Assembly (NCBI GenBank): GCA_021801345.1
Contig: JAJYYA010000022.1
Location: 1,594-65,593, forward strand
Reading direction: 5' to 3'
Length of the DNA: 64,000 nucleotides
Source: Nitrospirota bacterium
GTDB lineage: Bacteria > Nitrospirota > Leptospirillia > Leptospirillales > Leptospirillaceae
Part shown: positions 8,120-16,826 of the stretch, one piece after another
How positions within the stretch are numbered: position 1 is the stretch's first letter
Layout of the letters: each line of letters starts with the position of its first letter
Position numbers and translations under genes: made by a program
Notes under the pieces: generated by a model
Databases searched by the model: none
Seen by the model: the letters and a program-made list of their open reading frames with translations, nothing else
Told to the model about the DNA's origin: nothing

Positions 8120-10538
8120 CGCGCATCTCCGCGACGCCGGCCGAAACATAGCTGACCCGGGGACGTCCCCGCCCCGGAGACTCCCGGACCATGACGATGC
8201 GATGCTCCGAGGCCAAAACTCCCAGAAGCGCCTCCTGGCTCTCCGGACCCAGCCGCGCAAATCCCCGGGAGTTTTTTGAGATCTCCCGGCGGGTCATGCC
8301 GGCCGCCCCGTGCTCCCGGATCAGGCTTTCGACCTTCATGAGAAGCTCCTCCGGGAAAGGCCCCCCCCGGCCGGACTCCGTCTTCGCCCTCTCGGATCCC
8401 TCTCTCCGGCCGATTCCTCCGGCGGGAACATGAATGGGCAGGGCGGGGGTCAGAACCTTTTCCTGCTCCCGGAAGGACGGCTCCGCCCTTTCGCCTGCGC
8501 TTCCCCCCTCGTCTTCCTCGGGGAGGACCCTCATTCCCGCCGGACCCCGAAGAAGGGGAGCCTCCGACTCCGAGTTCTTTTCGTCGGAGTCCCGACTCTC
8601 CGGGTAAGACTCGTCGGAGCCCCGACTCTCCGAGTGAGACGCGCCGGACTCCCGCTCTCCCCCCTCCGAAAGGGGACGAAAGGGCACCTCGTCGTCGCGC
8701 TGCCCCATCTCCTCGAGGCTCACGAGAAGGTCGTTCGACCGGGCGGACGGATGGCCGAGGACCAGGCTCTCGAAGGTCGCCCCTCCCCGCTTGAGCTTCG
8801 GCAGATCCCCCTCGGCCCAGCACGATTCGGCCGCGGAAAGAAGAGACGCGAGGGCCTCCTCCGTCGCATTGGGAAGAAAGACCCAGAGAGCCGCTCCCGT
8901 GAGCGGAACTCCGATTTCGGCCTCCCGGGAGAGGGCAAATCGGCCGGCATGATTTTTCCGGGCGACCAGATCCTTCTTCAAAAAAAGAACCTCGTCAAGA
9001 GACGGCGCAGAAAAACTCATGCGAAAGAGGCCCGGAAGCCCCCCCTTCTCGGGAAGCCTCGCCCGAACGCGCTCCGCAAATCCTCGCCCGCCATAGACAT
9101 TGTTTGCGGGATCAAAGTCGTAGAGACCGTCGAGCCGCTTCATCATGGCGGCAAAGGTGTTCAGGCTTGCCGCCCGGTCGTCCGATTCGAGAACCAGCAT
9201 CCGGTAGGAGAGGTCCACCCCGGAGAGGATCTGGGAGGAGCCGCTCTCCGTCTTCCAGTATTCCAAGAGCTTGGAGAGGACGACTCTGGTCCCGGCCCGA
9301 CCGGTATGGGGCAGGCAGAACCAGACCGCCGACATGTCGGGGGGAACCCCTACGAGATCGACCTCGCGAAGAAGCCTTTTGGCCACGGTCCGCATCGCCA
9401 TGAGGGCGGCGGGACGGTCGAGAAATCCTTCCGGCGGAGAGACAAAGACGATTTCGAAAAAGGAGAGGGGCACAAAATAGCGAAAGGACTTCCCGAGCTC
9501 CTCCGCCGTCCTCCGGGCGAAGAAGACCGGCCGCAAAAACCCCGTCGAGTCGTCCTGGGAGACGCTCTCCCGGGTCTCCTTCTGAATGCGGAGGTTCATG
9601 AGGCGCGAGGAGGCGCGGTCGGCGACCATCGAGGCAAGCTGGAAAAACTCCGGAGTGAGCTTTTCGAAGGGGGCATGCCAGAGGACCAGAAGATACCGCA
9701 CCTCGTCCTCCCCGGAACGCACCGGATAGACTCCCAAGGGGCTCATGGGGCGGGAGCCTTCCGGAAATTCGACGTCGGGAAGAATGCCGTGGGAGGAAAG
9801 CGCCACCGCCTCGCCCTTCTCGTAGCCATGGGAGAAGGGTCTGTAGTTCCCTGGAACCTCCTGCGGCGTCGGAAGGAGCCCCGCCTCGAGCTCTCGCACG
9901 AAGACCCCCTTCCGGCGGCCGTAAAGGGCGACGGAGTCGGCGCCGAGGAAGCTCGTGGAAAGAGAGAGGATCGAAGAGGGGATGCTGTCGATCTCGTCTC
10001 GCTCGAGCGACCGGAAGACGTCGAACATGTCGCTCACGGCATTGGGGTCGAGAAAAATCCTCTGCTCGAGCTCCCGCTTCGCCCGGGTCAAAATGTCGAG
10101 CTCAAGCTCCGAGGTCTCGGCAGAGTCCTTCGCCTTGAGATACTTCTCGGTGAGCGCCTGGAACTTGCGCCCCTCGCCATCCCGGAGCTCCCCCATCACC
10201 ATCCCCGAAAACAGGAAGGCCGAAGGCCAGAGAAAGGAAAACTCCCCCGGAACCAGGGTGTCAAAGTGGTCCTGCCAGAGGAGCACGAGGTAGTATCCCC
10301 CCGTTCCGGCCAGCGCGGCAAAGAGCCCGGGAGCAAAGCCGTACCGTCCGGCAACCAGCAAGACGATCGGAAGAAAGGGGTGGAAGCCGGGAAAAATGAG
10401 GGAGCTCTTGCCGTAGACGGCGACAAAGAAGGCGCCAACGAAAAGGGTCCCGCCCAGGGACTCGAGGTAGGGGGCCAGGTGCGTGCGCCGCCACCACGCA
10501 GAAAGAGGAGCGAGCCGGAATCTCCAGGGCGCCGTCAT
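8109..10538 (-). CDS. pelD: PelD-like c-di-GMP receptor, extended form: TM region, GAF-like region, two degenerate GGDEF-like modules, acidic linker, and a C-terminal winged-helix-like segment
   Basis: The ATG at 10538 forms an ATGA overlap with the upstream hydrolase stop; the product is 809 aa. It has 4 N-terminal TM helices. The first degenerate GGDEF-like module contains REVD (RxxD) just before the degenerate site (VPPDM). The second module (res ~470-605) has REAE/LTGAA at the equivalent positions. Confidence 0.6.
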   Translation of the reverse strand: MTAPWRFRLAPLSAWWRRTHLAPYLESLGGTLFVGAFFVAVYGKSSLIFPGFHPFLPIVLLVAGRYGFAPGLFAALAGTGGYYLVLLWQDHFDTLVPGEFSFLWPSAFLFSGMVMGELRDGEGRKFQALTEKYLKAKDSAETSELELDILTRAKRELEQRIFLDPNAVSDMFDVFRSLERDEIDSIPSSILSLSTSFLGADSVALYGRRKGVFVRELEAGLLPTPQEVPGNYRPFSHGYEKGEAVALSSHGILPDVEFPEGSRPMSPLGVYPVRSGEDEVRYLLVLWHAPFEKLTPEFFQLASMVADRASSRLMNLRIQKETRESVSQDDSTGFLRPVFFARRTAEELGKSFRYFVPLSFFEIVFVSPPEGFLDRPAALMAMRTVAKRLLREVDLVGVPPDMSAVWFCLPHTGRAGTRVVLSKLLEYWKTESGSSQILSGVDLSYRMLVLESDDRAASLNTFAAMMKRLDGLYDFDPANNVYGGRGFAERVRARLPEKGGLPGLFRMSFSAPSLDEVLFLKKDLVARKNHAGRFALSREAEIGVPLTGAALWVFLPNATEEALASLLSAAESCWAEGDLPKLKRGGATFESLVLGHPSARSNDLLVSLEEMGQRDDEVPFRPLSEGGERESGASHSESRGSDESYPESRDSDEKNSESEAPLLRGPAGMRVLPEEDEGGSAGERAEPSFREQEKVLTPALPIHVPAGGIGRREGSERAKTESGRGGPFPEELLMKVESLIREHGAAGMTRREISKNSRGFARLGPESQEALLGVLASEHRIVMVRESPGRGRPRVSYVSAGVAEMRDEG
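8581..8640 (-). repeat. two tandem copies of a 30-nt unit inside the pelD-like linker
   Basis: Compare tcgtcggagtcccgactctccgggtaagac with tcgtcggagccccgactctccgagtgagac (27/30 identical). The repeat is in frame and encodes the Ser/Glu/Asp-rich repeats SESRGSDESY / PESRDSDEKN. Confidence 0.9.
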
Positions 10539-11476
10539 CCCCCCTCCTTCCTCCCATGGACGACCACCGGACGAAGAAGCCGCCAGTCGGAGACATAGTG
10601 GGAGAATCCTCTTAGGCGTGCCATCTTCCCGCATCCGCGGGAGACGGCGGGGCGATCCGGATCGTCGTAGTCGAGGGCCAAAAGGCGAAGGGCGGGGTTG
10701 GCCGCCCGGGCCCGGTCGACCGTCTTGAGAAAGTCCGATCGCTCCTGCTCCGAAACACGCACATAGGTCTTTTTCGTCTCGGAATAGCGCGTGCAGAAAT
10801 CCTCGAAAAGAACGCCTGACAGGGAGGGTGCAAGCTCTTGCAGGACAGGAAATCCCCGGTTGGCCACGATCACAAGTCCGGGATAGGAGGCGTGGAGGGT
10901 CTCGACGAAGGAGACGAGCGCCCGGCGAAGCCCCGAGCCTTTGACCGGGTTGCGCTCTTCGTAGTCGAGCGGGGAGTCGAGGGTGTCGAGAAAGACCCCC
11001 GAGAACCCCTTCCTGAGGTCCCGGGCGATGCGGTCGTAGAGCGCCTTCCGAAAGACCTCCTTGCGGATGTCCGCCACGTGGGAGTGCCAGAAGACGTTCT
11101 CCGCCAGAAAGACCCCCGACTCTCCGCCCGGGATGCGGGCCAGGGCCCGGGCGATGGGGCCGTCACTGTCGACCTCCCCGATCGAGAGGTAGGCGATATA
11201 GAGGGGAGAGGCCTCAAGCTCCCCCCCCGGCGAGGCTCCGGTTTTGGCAAGCGGATAGGTGTCGGAGACGATCGCCCAGTTCCGTCCCGCCATAAGCGCG
11301 GGAGAGGCGCGATCCCCGTAGTAGACGGCGTAGCGGAAGGGGGGAGCCATGCCGCCCGAGTCCTTCCGGACGGAGACGGAGGGAGAAAAGCAGGAGGAGA
11401 GGAGCAGCACTCCCCCGAGAGCTCCCACCACCGCCCTCCGCAACCTTCCCTTGTGGTGTTTTTCAAGCCCTTTCAA
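10535..11476 (-). CDS. stand-alone glycoside hydrolase lipoprotein, PelA-hydrolase-like (GH114/GH166-type TIM barrel)
   Basis: 313 aa with signal peptide and lipobox LLSSC. The strand-end motifs YIAYLSIGEV, GVFLDTLDS, VIVANRG and GVLFEDF match the endo-alpha-1,4-polygalactosaminidase / PelA N-terminal domain pattern. The gene lies inside the pel operon. Confidence 0.6.
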   Translation of the reverse strand: MKGLEKHHKGRLRRAVVGALGGVLLLSSCFSPSVSVRKDSGGMAPPFRYAVYYGDRASPALMAGRNWAIVSDTYPLAKTGASPGGELEASPLYIAYLSIGEVDSDGPIARALARIPGGESGVFLAENVFWHSHVADIRKEVFRKALYDRIARDLRKGFSGVFLDTLDSPLDYEERNPVKGSGLRRALVSFVETLHASYPGLVIVANRGFPVLQELAPSLSGVLFEDFCTRYSETKKTYVRVSEQERSDFLKTVDRARAANPALRLLALDYDDPDRPAVSRGCGKMARLRGFSHYVSDWRLLRPVVVHGRKEGG

Positions 11477-11485
11477 GGAGACATC

Positions 11486-12040
11486 CTATCGTCCGACAAA
11501 GCGCGCGACCTCTTTGCCGATCAGGTCGCTCGACAGGGAGGTCAGCGTCCGACTGCACCCGAAAAAGCAGCTCCCGACCCCGGAGAGCGAGGCGGCCCAC
11601 AGGACCCTCCCGCTCCGGAGGTCGGTCATCGTCCAGTTCATTCCCACCACAGGCTCGCTTTCAAGCTCGGAGCGATAGGTGTACTCGATCGCCGACCCCG
11701 AGAGAACCGCATCGATCCCTGCCGACTTGAGGCGGTCCCGCATCGAAAGGCTCATATTCGTCGCGGAGACGTTTCGGGGAAGGGGGAAAGGCAACGTCTC
11801 CGGCGCCACCAGGCGAAACTCCCGGTAGCGGAGGAGCGTGGAGGAGAGAAGGGTCGTCAGGGACTTGCCCGCGTCCGGCGTCGTCGTCAGGTTCGAAAAG
11901 GGCACGACGAAGACCGAAAGAGGCCTGGGAGCGGGCGGAAGAGTCCCGGAGGATCCCCCCGGCGAGGCACAGGCGGAAAGGAGAAGACAGACAAGGATCA
12001 GTCCGCCGAAGCGGCGGATCCGGAGCGCCATCAGAACCAT
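11486..12040 (-). CDS. pelC: PelC-like outer-membrane lipoprotein
   Basis: 184 aa with lipobox LLLSAC. Its size and position directly after pelB fit PelC, and its start (ATG 12040, or 12031) overlaps the pelB stop. The 573-aa ORF in the track is an artefactual N-terminal extension. Confidence 0.65.
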   Translation of the reverse strand: MVLMALRIRRFGGLILVCLLLSACASPGGSSGTLPPAPRPLSVFVVPFSNLTTTPDAGKSLTTLLSSTLLRYREFRLVAPETLPFPLPRNVSATNMSLSMRDRLKSAGIDAVLSGSAIEYTYRSELESEPVVGMNWTMTDLRSGRVLWAASLSGVGSCFFGCSRTLTSLSSDLIGKEVARFVGR

Positions 12041-15000
12041 AAGGAAAACCCCCAGACGGCTTCCTCGGAAGCCCCGTTGTAAAGGATGGATTGATTGAAG
12101 TAGTCGCCGTTGGCGAAGAGTTCGACCGACCGGGAGACCCGGTAGGAGACCCCCATCCCTCCCTCGTAGGCGGGAGTATGGGAATAGATGTCTTCGTATC
12201 CGCCCGCCTGCATGTTCAGATTCAGGCGGTTTCGGATGCGGGCCTGGTAGACCAGCGCCCCGAAGAAAAACTGCTGGCGCGCAAGGATCGGAACCAGGGC
12301 CGAAACGGCCGGGGAGGCGGCCATCATCGTCCAGTCCTCGTACCCCCCCACGAAGTCGATCTGGGGATCGGTGTCGAGAACGAGATCGAGCATCCCCAGG
12401 GTATTGTGCAGCTCCCCGAAGGGAAGCTGCCGGCCGTCGAGGGTGTAGTCGAAGAGCCAGGACTCCGCCTCGAAGGAGAGGCGGTCGAAGGGGGCGACGG
12501 AAAGGCTCGCCATATATCCCGTCTGAAGACCCGCCCGGGCGATCGACTCCCCGAAGTCCCCCCAGATCATGTCGTCGAAGCCCTGAAGATCCACGGTCAC
12601 CTTCCCCATCGTCCCCGTTCCGTGGAGATAGAAGCCGGGGGTTCCTGCAAGCTGGGTGTCGCCCCCCTCCCCCATCACCTGCCACCCGGGCGCGGGCGTC
12701 CACCGGACCCCGGCATAGGTGTAGCCGGCGGTGCCCATCCCCGTCCCGCTCCCCCCGCCCAGATACTCGGTCCGGCCCGAAAAGTAGTTGGCGGACCCCC
12801 AGAGGGGGGTTTCGATCTTCGTATCGAAGCTGTAGGCCGCCCCTCCGGGATAGAAGACGGCAAAGTCCTGGTTTTTCAGGGACCAGTCCCCCATGTTGTA
12901 GAGGTTCAGGATCCCCGAAGAGACGCGGGGCGCCTGGGTCTCCCCCTGGGAGAAGAGATGGGAGTCGAGTGCCTGGGTCGAGACCAGATCCCCCTCTTTC
13001 TTGTAGGTCTCCACCAGGTCGGTCCAGACGACGCGATCGTCCGGATACCGCTTGTGGAGCTTCCAGAGAAGTCGCTGAGCCGAGATCGGCCGCCCGAGCC
13101 CGGTCAGGATCTCGGCGCGGAAGACCAGAAAGTCCTTCGACTCCGGATGAAGTCTGAGCCATCGGTCGAGATAGGCCAGGGCCTTGCCGCCTTTTCTCTC
13201 CTTCCACAGAAGGCGCGCGGCCCAGTAGAGCCCTTCGCGGTCGTCGGGGAAGCGCCGAAGAAAGGCCATGGTTCTCCGATAGGCCGTGCGGTCGTGTCCC
13301 AGCGCGTGCATGATCTTGATCGCATAGAGCAGGCGCCGCCTCAGGGTCTCGTCGTCGACCGAGGGGGCCGGGGGGGGACGCCCCCCCTTGAAGTCGACAA
13401 GAACCGCCGCCCCCGCCAAAGTGAGACCCGTCTTCTCCGGAGTGCCCCCTCCCCTCCCCTCCGGAGGGGGGTCTCCGGGAGAAAGAGAGGGAAGTTTGGG
13501 CGCAAGAAGCGTCCAGGCGAGATGATCCATCCGACGCGCCATGCGGGGATTTTTGACCTGCCGATAGGCCGAACCCAGGCGGTAGACCAGGGCATAGTCG
13601 GCCGCTCCGTGGGTGACCGCGCGCCGGTAGAGCCGGATCGCCCGGCGGAAGTGTCCGTGATAGTAGGCGTGGTCCCCCAGATAGGCCAGCGCCGCCAGAT
13701 TGTCGGGGTCGAGCCCCAGAAGCCTCTGGTAGTAGGTCCTGACCTTCGTGTCCTGACCCGCCCAGAGGCGATCCCGGATCAAAAGCGCCAGACCCTGCGG
13801 ATCGGAGGGGAGAAGGGCCACGAGCCGCTTGTCGTAGTCTATGGCGATATCGAGCCGGTCGGCCCCCGTAAACCAGTCCGAGGCCAAAAAGAGAATCGCC
13901 CGGTTTGCCGGATAGGCCCGGGCGATCCGGTCGATGGCCGCCCGAGCCCTCCTGTCATGATGACCCCAGATCATGATTCTGGCAAGCTCGAGGCTCATGG
14001 AGGCCGACAGGTCCGGGAACCTCAGAAGGGTCTTGAGAAGGTGCTCGACGTCGCCCCGCTTCGCGCTCTCGTCGTAGAGGGTAAAGAGGGCGTACTGGTC
14101 GTCCTTGAAGCTCTCCCGCGAGTCGGAGGAGGCCAGACGAAAGAGGATCCCTCTCTCGACCTTTGGGAGGTCGGCCTCCCGGAAGCTTGCGAGCGCCTGG
14201 CGAAGCAAGGGTCTCTCCCCGTTTTCAAGCCCCTGGGCCCAGAGGAAGGCGCCGGCTCCTCCATAGTCTCCCATGTCCCGATAGGTACGCACCAGGGCCT
14301 CCCGGACCGCCGTGTCGTCGGGAAAGATGTTCATCGCCTGCCGAAGACGCGCCGCTGCCAGAGGCAGCTTGTTTTCGTCCTCCGCCGCCTGCCAGGCGAG
14401 CCGGAGGTCGTCGATCCCGGGCCCTCCGGGGCGACCGAGCCAGGAGAGGAGATCCTCCGAGCTCCTGCCGAGAAGTCCGTACCGGGCGTCGAGATCGAGG
14501 ATCCTCTGGTGGAAGAGACTCTCCGGCAGGGGAAGAATCTTCTGCCTCTCCTCCATCAGAAACCGCGTCCGGGAGTACCAGTGCATCTTGTCCGAAAGCC
14601 AGACCGCCTCCTCCCAGACCTTTTTGTCCCCGGGACGCCTCTTGAGGAGATCTTCGAAGGCGGAGAGAGCAAAGGCAAAGTAGCCCGCCTTGTAGAACAA
14701 CCAGGCGGAGGAGTCGATGACGGAGTCTTTGGCCACGCCCTCCCGGGCGGAACGGTAAAGGATGAAGGCATCCACGGGGCGCTTCATCCGGAAAAGGGAA
14801 CGCATCGCAGGAAGAAGCGTCCGGTCCATGCCTGCGCCCAGCGCCTTGAGACGCTCGGTCATGCGGAGGACCTCCTTGTCGCGCCCTCGGCGGGAGGCCA
14901 GGGAAAGACGCATGACAAGGTAGTCGATCCGGTCGGGAAAGTTCCGCGACAGGGTCCGGAGGGTGCGGGCCATGTCGTCGGCATTGCCCGTCTGGGTGTC

Positions 15001-15504
15001 GTAGACAAGGATCGCCTTCCAGTAGTTCATGTCCTTGGGATGCTCGTCGGCGATCCGGTGCAGGATGGCCAGCGCCTCCCCCGGGAGATTCAGGATGTCA
15101 TAGGAGCGGGCCAGACGCATCATGTCGCGGTCGGGAAGCTTTTCCGTGCGGAGAAGTTCGTGGAGCTCGAGGGCGGCCTTTTTGGGCTCGTAGAGGTTCA
15201 GGTAGAGGCGGGCGAGCTCGAGCCGGTCGTTGTACTCTCCGGGGCTTTCTTCAAGGAGGGCTTCGAGGTAGCCGACCGCCCGGGAGGGGTACCCCCGAAG
15301 GGCCGCCACGCGGGCGGCATCCCGAAGAGCCCAGACGGGGGGGGCGGGCTTCTTGAGCCGGATGTCGAGAAGCCGTTCGGCATAGTCGTAGTCTCCCGCA
15401 TCGATGGCGAGACGAACATACTGCGCATCCCCCGGAACAAGGAGAAGGGCCACAAGAAAAAAGGCCCCCCCGGCCAGCAGGATCCAAAAAAAGGGGATCT
15501 TCAC
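12031..15504 (-). CDS. pelB: PelB-like TPR scaffold plus C-terminal outer-membrane beta-barrel
   Basis: 1157 aa with an N-terminal signal anchor and about 800 aa of TPR-like repeats. The C-terminal region of about 300 aa is rich in alternating aromatic and Gly residues and ends in ...GFSLWF, typical of a porin terminus. Confidence 0.75.
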   Translation of the reverse strand: MKIPFFWILLAGGAFFLVALLLVPGDAQYVRLAIDAGDYDYAERLLDIRLKKPAPPVWALRDAARVAALRGYPSRAVGYLEALLEESPGEYNDRLELARLYLNLYEPKKAALELHELLRTEKLPDRDMMRLARSYDILNLPGEALAILHRIADEHPKDMNYWKAILVYDTQTGNADDMARTLRTLSRNFPDRIDYLVMRLSLASRRGRDKEVLRMTERLKALGAGMDRTLLPAMRSLFRMKRPVDAFILYRSAREGVAKDSVIDSSAWLFYKAGYFAFALSAFEDLLKRRPGDKKVWEEAVWLSDKMHWYSRTRFLMEERQKILPLPESLFHQRILDLDARYGLLGRSSEDLLSWLGRPGGPGIDDLRLAWQAAEDENKLPLAAARLRQAMNIFPDDTAVREALVRTYRDMGDYGGAGAFLWAQGLENGERPLLRQALASFREADLPKVERGILFRLASSDSRESFKDDQYALFTLYDESAKRGDVEHLLKTLLRFPDLSASMSLELARIMIWGHHDRRARAAIDRIARAYPANRAILFLASDWFTGADRLDIAIDYDKRLVALLPSDPQGLALLIRDRLWAGQDTKVRTYYQRLLGLDPDNLAALAYLGDHAYYHGHFRRAIRLYRRAVTHGAADYALVYRLGSAYRQVKNPRMARRMDHLAWTLLAPKLPSLSPGDPPPEGRGGGTPEKTGLTLAGAAVLVDFKGGRPPPAPSVDDETLRRRLLYAIKIMHALGHDRTAYRRTMAFLRRFPDDREGLYWAARLLWKERKGGKALAYLDRWLRLHPESKDFLVFRAEILTGLGRPISAQRLLWKLHKRYPDDRVVWTDLVETYKKEGDLVSTQALDSHLFSQGETQAPRVSSGILNLYNMGDWSLKNQDFAVFYPGGAAYSFDTKIETPLWGSANYFSGRTEYLGGGSGTGMGTAGYTYAGVRWTPAPGWQVMGEGGDTQLAGTPGFYLHGTGTMGKVTVDLQGFDDMIWGDFGESIARAGLQTGYMASLSVAPFDRLSFEAESWLFDYTLDGRQLPFGELHNTLGMLDLVLDTDPQIDFVGGYEDWTMMAASPAVSALVPILARQQFFFGALVYQARIRNRLNLNMQAGGYEDIYSHTPAYEGGMGVSYRVSRSVELFANGDYFNQSILYNGASEEAVWGFSLWF

Positions 15505-16003
15505 ACCCGTTCCCTCGGGGAATAATGGTTGAGATTATGAGGTAAAATATTGCAAAAATTACAAAAATATAATTTCGCCGACACATATGATAAGCCTCAA
15601 TAAATATATCTCAATGTTTCTTATGAAGTCAATACTTAGAGTGTCCCCGAAAATAACAAACGCCTCGGCATGAGGAGTACCACGCAATCGCTTCCTATCG
15701 AGCCTTTCGCCAGAGCCATTTTCTCATTTTTTTTGCCTCGGAGACTCGATCTTCCCAGAGAGGACAGTCCCCCTGAGCCTCCGTCCACCAGGAGACGTCC
15801 CCGTCACGCAAGGCCAGAACCCTTTAAGAGCTCCGATTTTTGTTATCGGTTACCCGTAAGTGCCTTGAAAACAATAAAGTTCTCAGGTCTATCTTGAGAT
15901 GCATGCATTGACTCACAGGTTTCTACCGGAGACTTTCTTGCATTACAGGCCCTAACGTTAAAGGTGTCAGGCCGGAGGGAAATCAATCCCTTCCCCTGGC
16001 CTC

Positions 16004-16032
16004 TTGCAGAAACTGTCAGTATTGCTTATAAA
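16004..16032 (+). promoter_or_regulatory. sigma70-type promoter candidate (TTGCAG-17 nt-TATAAA)
   Basis: The hexamers and 17-nt spacer were read directly. It lies about 40 nt upstream of the ATG at 16074. Confidence 0.45.
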
Positions 16033-16073
16033 TTAACTTATTGTTGAACTGTGGTTTTCAGGAGGTTTACCCA

Positions 16074-16547
16074 ATGGGCACCCATACCATCGATACGGCC
16101 ATGGTCAAACGCCTGGTCGAAGCCCGCGCCATTCACGGGGCGGCCATCATTGGCCAGCCCGGCGGCTGGTCCGTTGTCCTCAAGTACGGCATGGAAGAGC
16201 GCCCCCTCGGCATCCAGCGCGCCGACCGGCCCCGGCTTTGGCGCAGTCTCGACACTTGCGTGGATTACCTCAAGGATGAGTTACACATCGGGCAGATCGA
16301 CCTGCTGGATGCCACACAACACAGCCCGCCGGATTCCCTGCCCGGAGAATCGCGGCCCGACGCGGCGGATCGCATGCGCAAGGCCTTCGCGGCAGCCGAA
16401 CACGACCGCTGGTTCCGCGAGCAGGTGGAGATCGGCCTAAAAGAGGCTGACGATCCGGAAACTGTTTGGGTGTCTCATGAGGAGGTTCAGCGCGAACAAG
16501 CACAGTGGCGGGCAGAATTGCAAAAGCGCCTTTCCTCAACTGGATGA
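16074..16547 (+). CDS. hypothetical protein; C-terminal segment resembles RelB/'stability determinant'-type antitoxins
   Basis: The ATG at 16074 has SD AGGAGG 8 nt upstream. The C-terminal DRWFREQVEIGLKEADDPETVWVSHEEV resembles the YDRWFRxxV...PxxxxHDEV motif of small plasmid-stability antitoxins. I do not recognise the N-terminal ~95 aa. Confidence 0.35.
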   Translation: MGTHTIDTAMVKRLVEARAIHGAAIIGQPGGWSVVLKYGMEERPLGIQRADRPRLWRSLDTCVDYLKDELHIGQIDLLDATQHSPPDSLPGESRPDAADRMRKAFAAAEHDRWFREQVEIGLKEADDPETVWVSHEEVQREQAQWRAELQKRLSSTG

Positions 16548-16826
16548 GTGGATGAACGAAGGCGTGTGGGCCTTCGCGTCTTGTCGGGATCGTACGGGGG
16601 CCTTTTTCGGACAGTTCCTGCCCTCAGTTGTTTCCGTTTGCCGCTCCCGCACCGTCTCACCGGTTTCTTCTGGAGCTCTCCTTTCAGAAGAAGCCCCCTA
16701 TGGGCAATGACTGAGCCGCGCTCTGATCGGCATTATCCCTCTGTCCGCAACCCTGACAGATCGAGTGACATCGCTCGGCCTTCCCGTTTCTCCCGGTACC
16801 TGTCGTAAAAAAGAAAGGATCCTCGC

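Noticed and set aside
11486-13207. Very long N-terminal extensions of real genes in the ORF track: 11486-13207, 20003-22036, 21229-22917, 22314-23531, 24647-25762, 25638-27488, 33500-35041, 36562-37932 and 42850-43596.
   Set aside because: The extensions run through the upstream gene in another frame and translate to Arg/Gly/Pro-rich junk. Internal starts with an SD sequence or 4-nt overlaps reproduce normal protein lengths.
15530-15580. Sigma-54 promoter upstream of pelB (TTGCA present on the minus strand).
   Set aside because: There is no GG dinucleotide at the required spacing for a TGGCAC-N5-TTGC element.
16770-16826. Possible preQ1 riboswitch in front of queF: an A-rich tail GTAAAAAAGAAAGGA next to the SD.
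   Set aside because: I could not find the short P1 hairpin with the conserved loop immediately 5' of the A-tract, as required for preQ1-I. There is only superficial A-run similarity. An Rfam scan would settle it.
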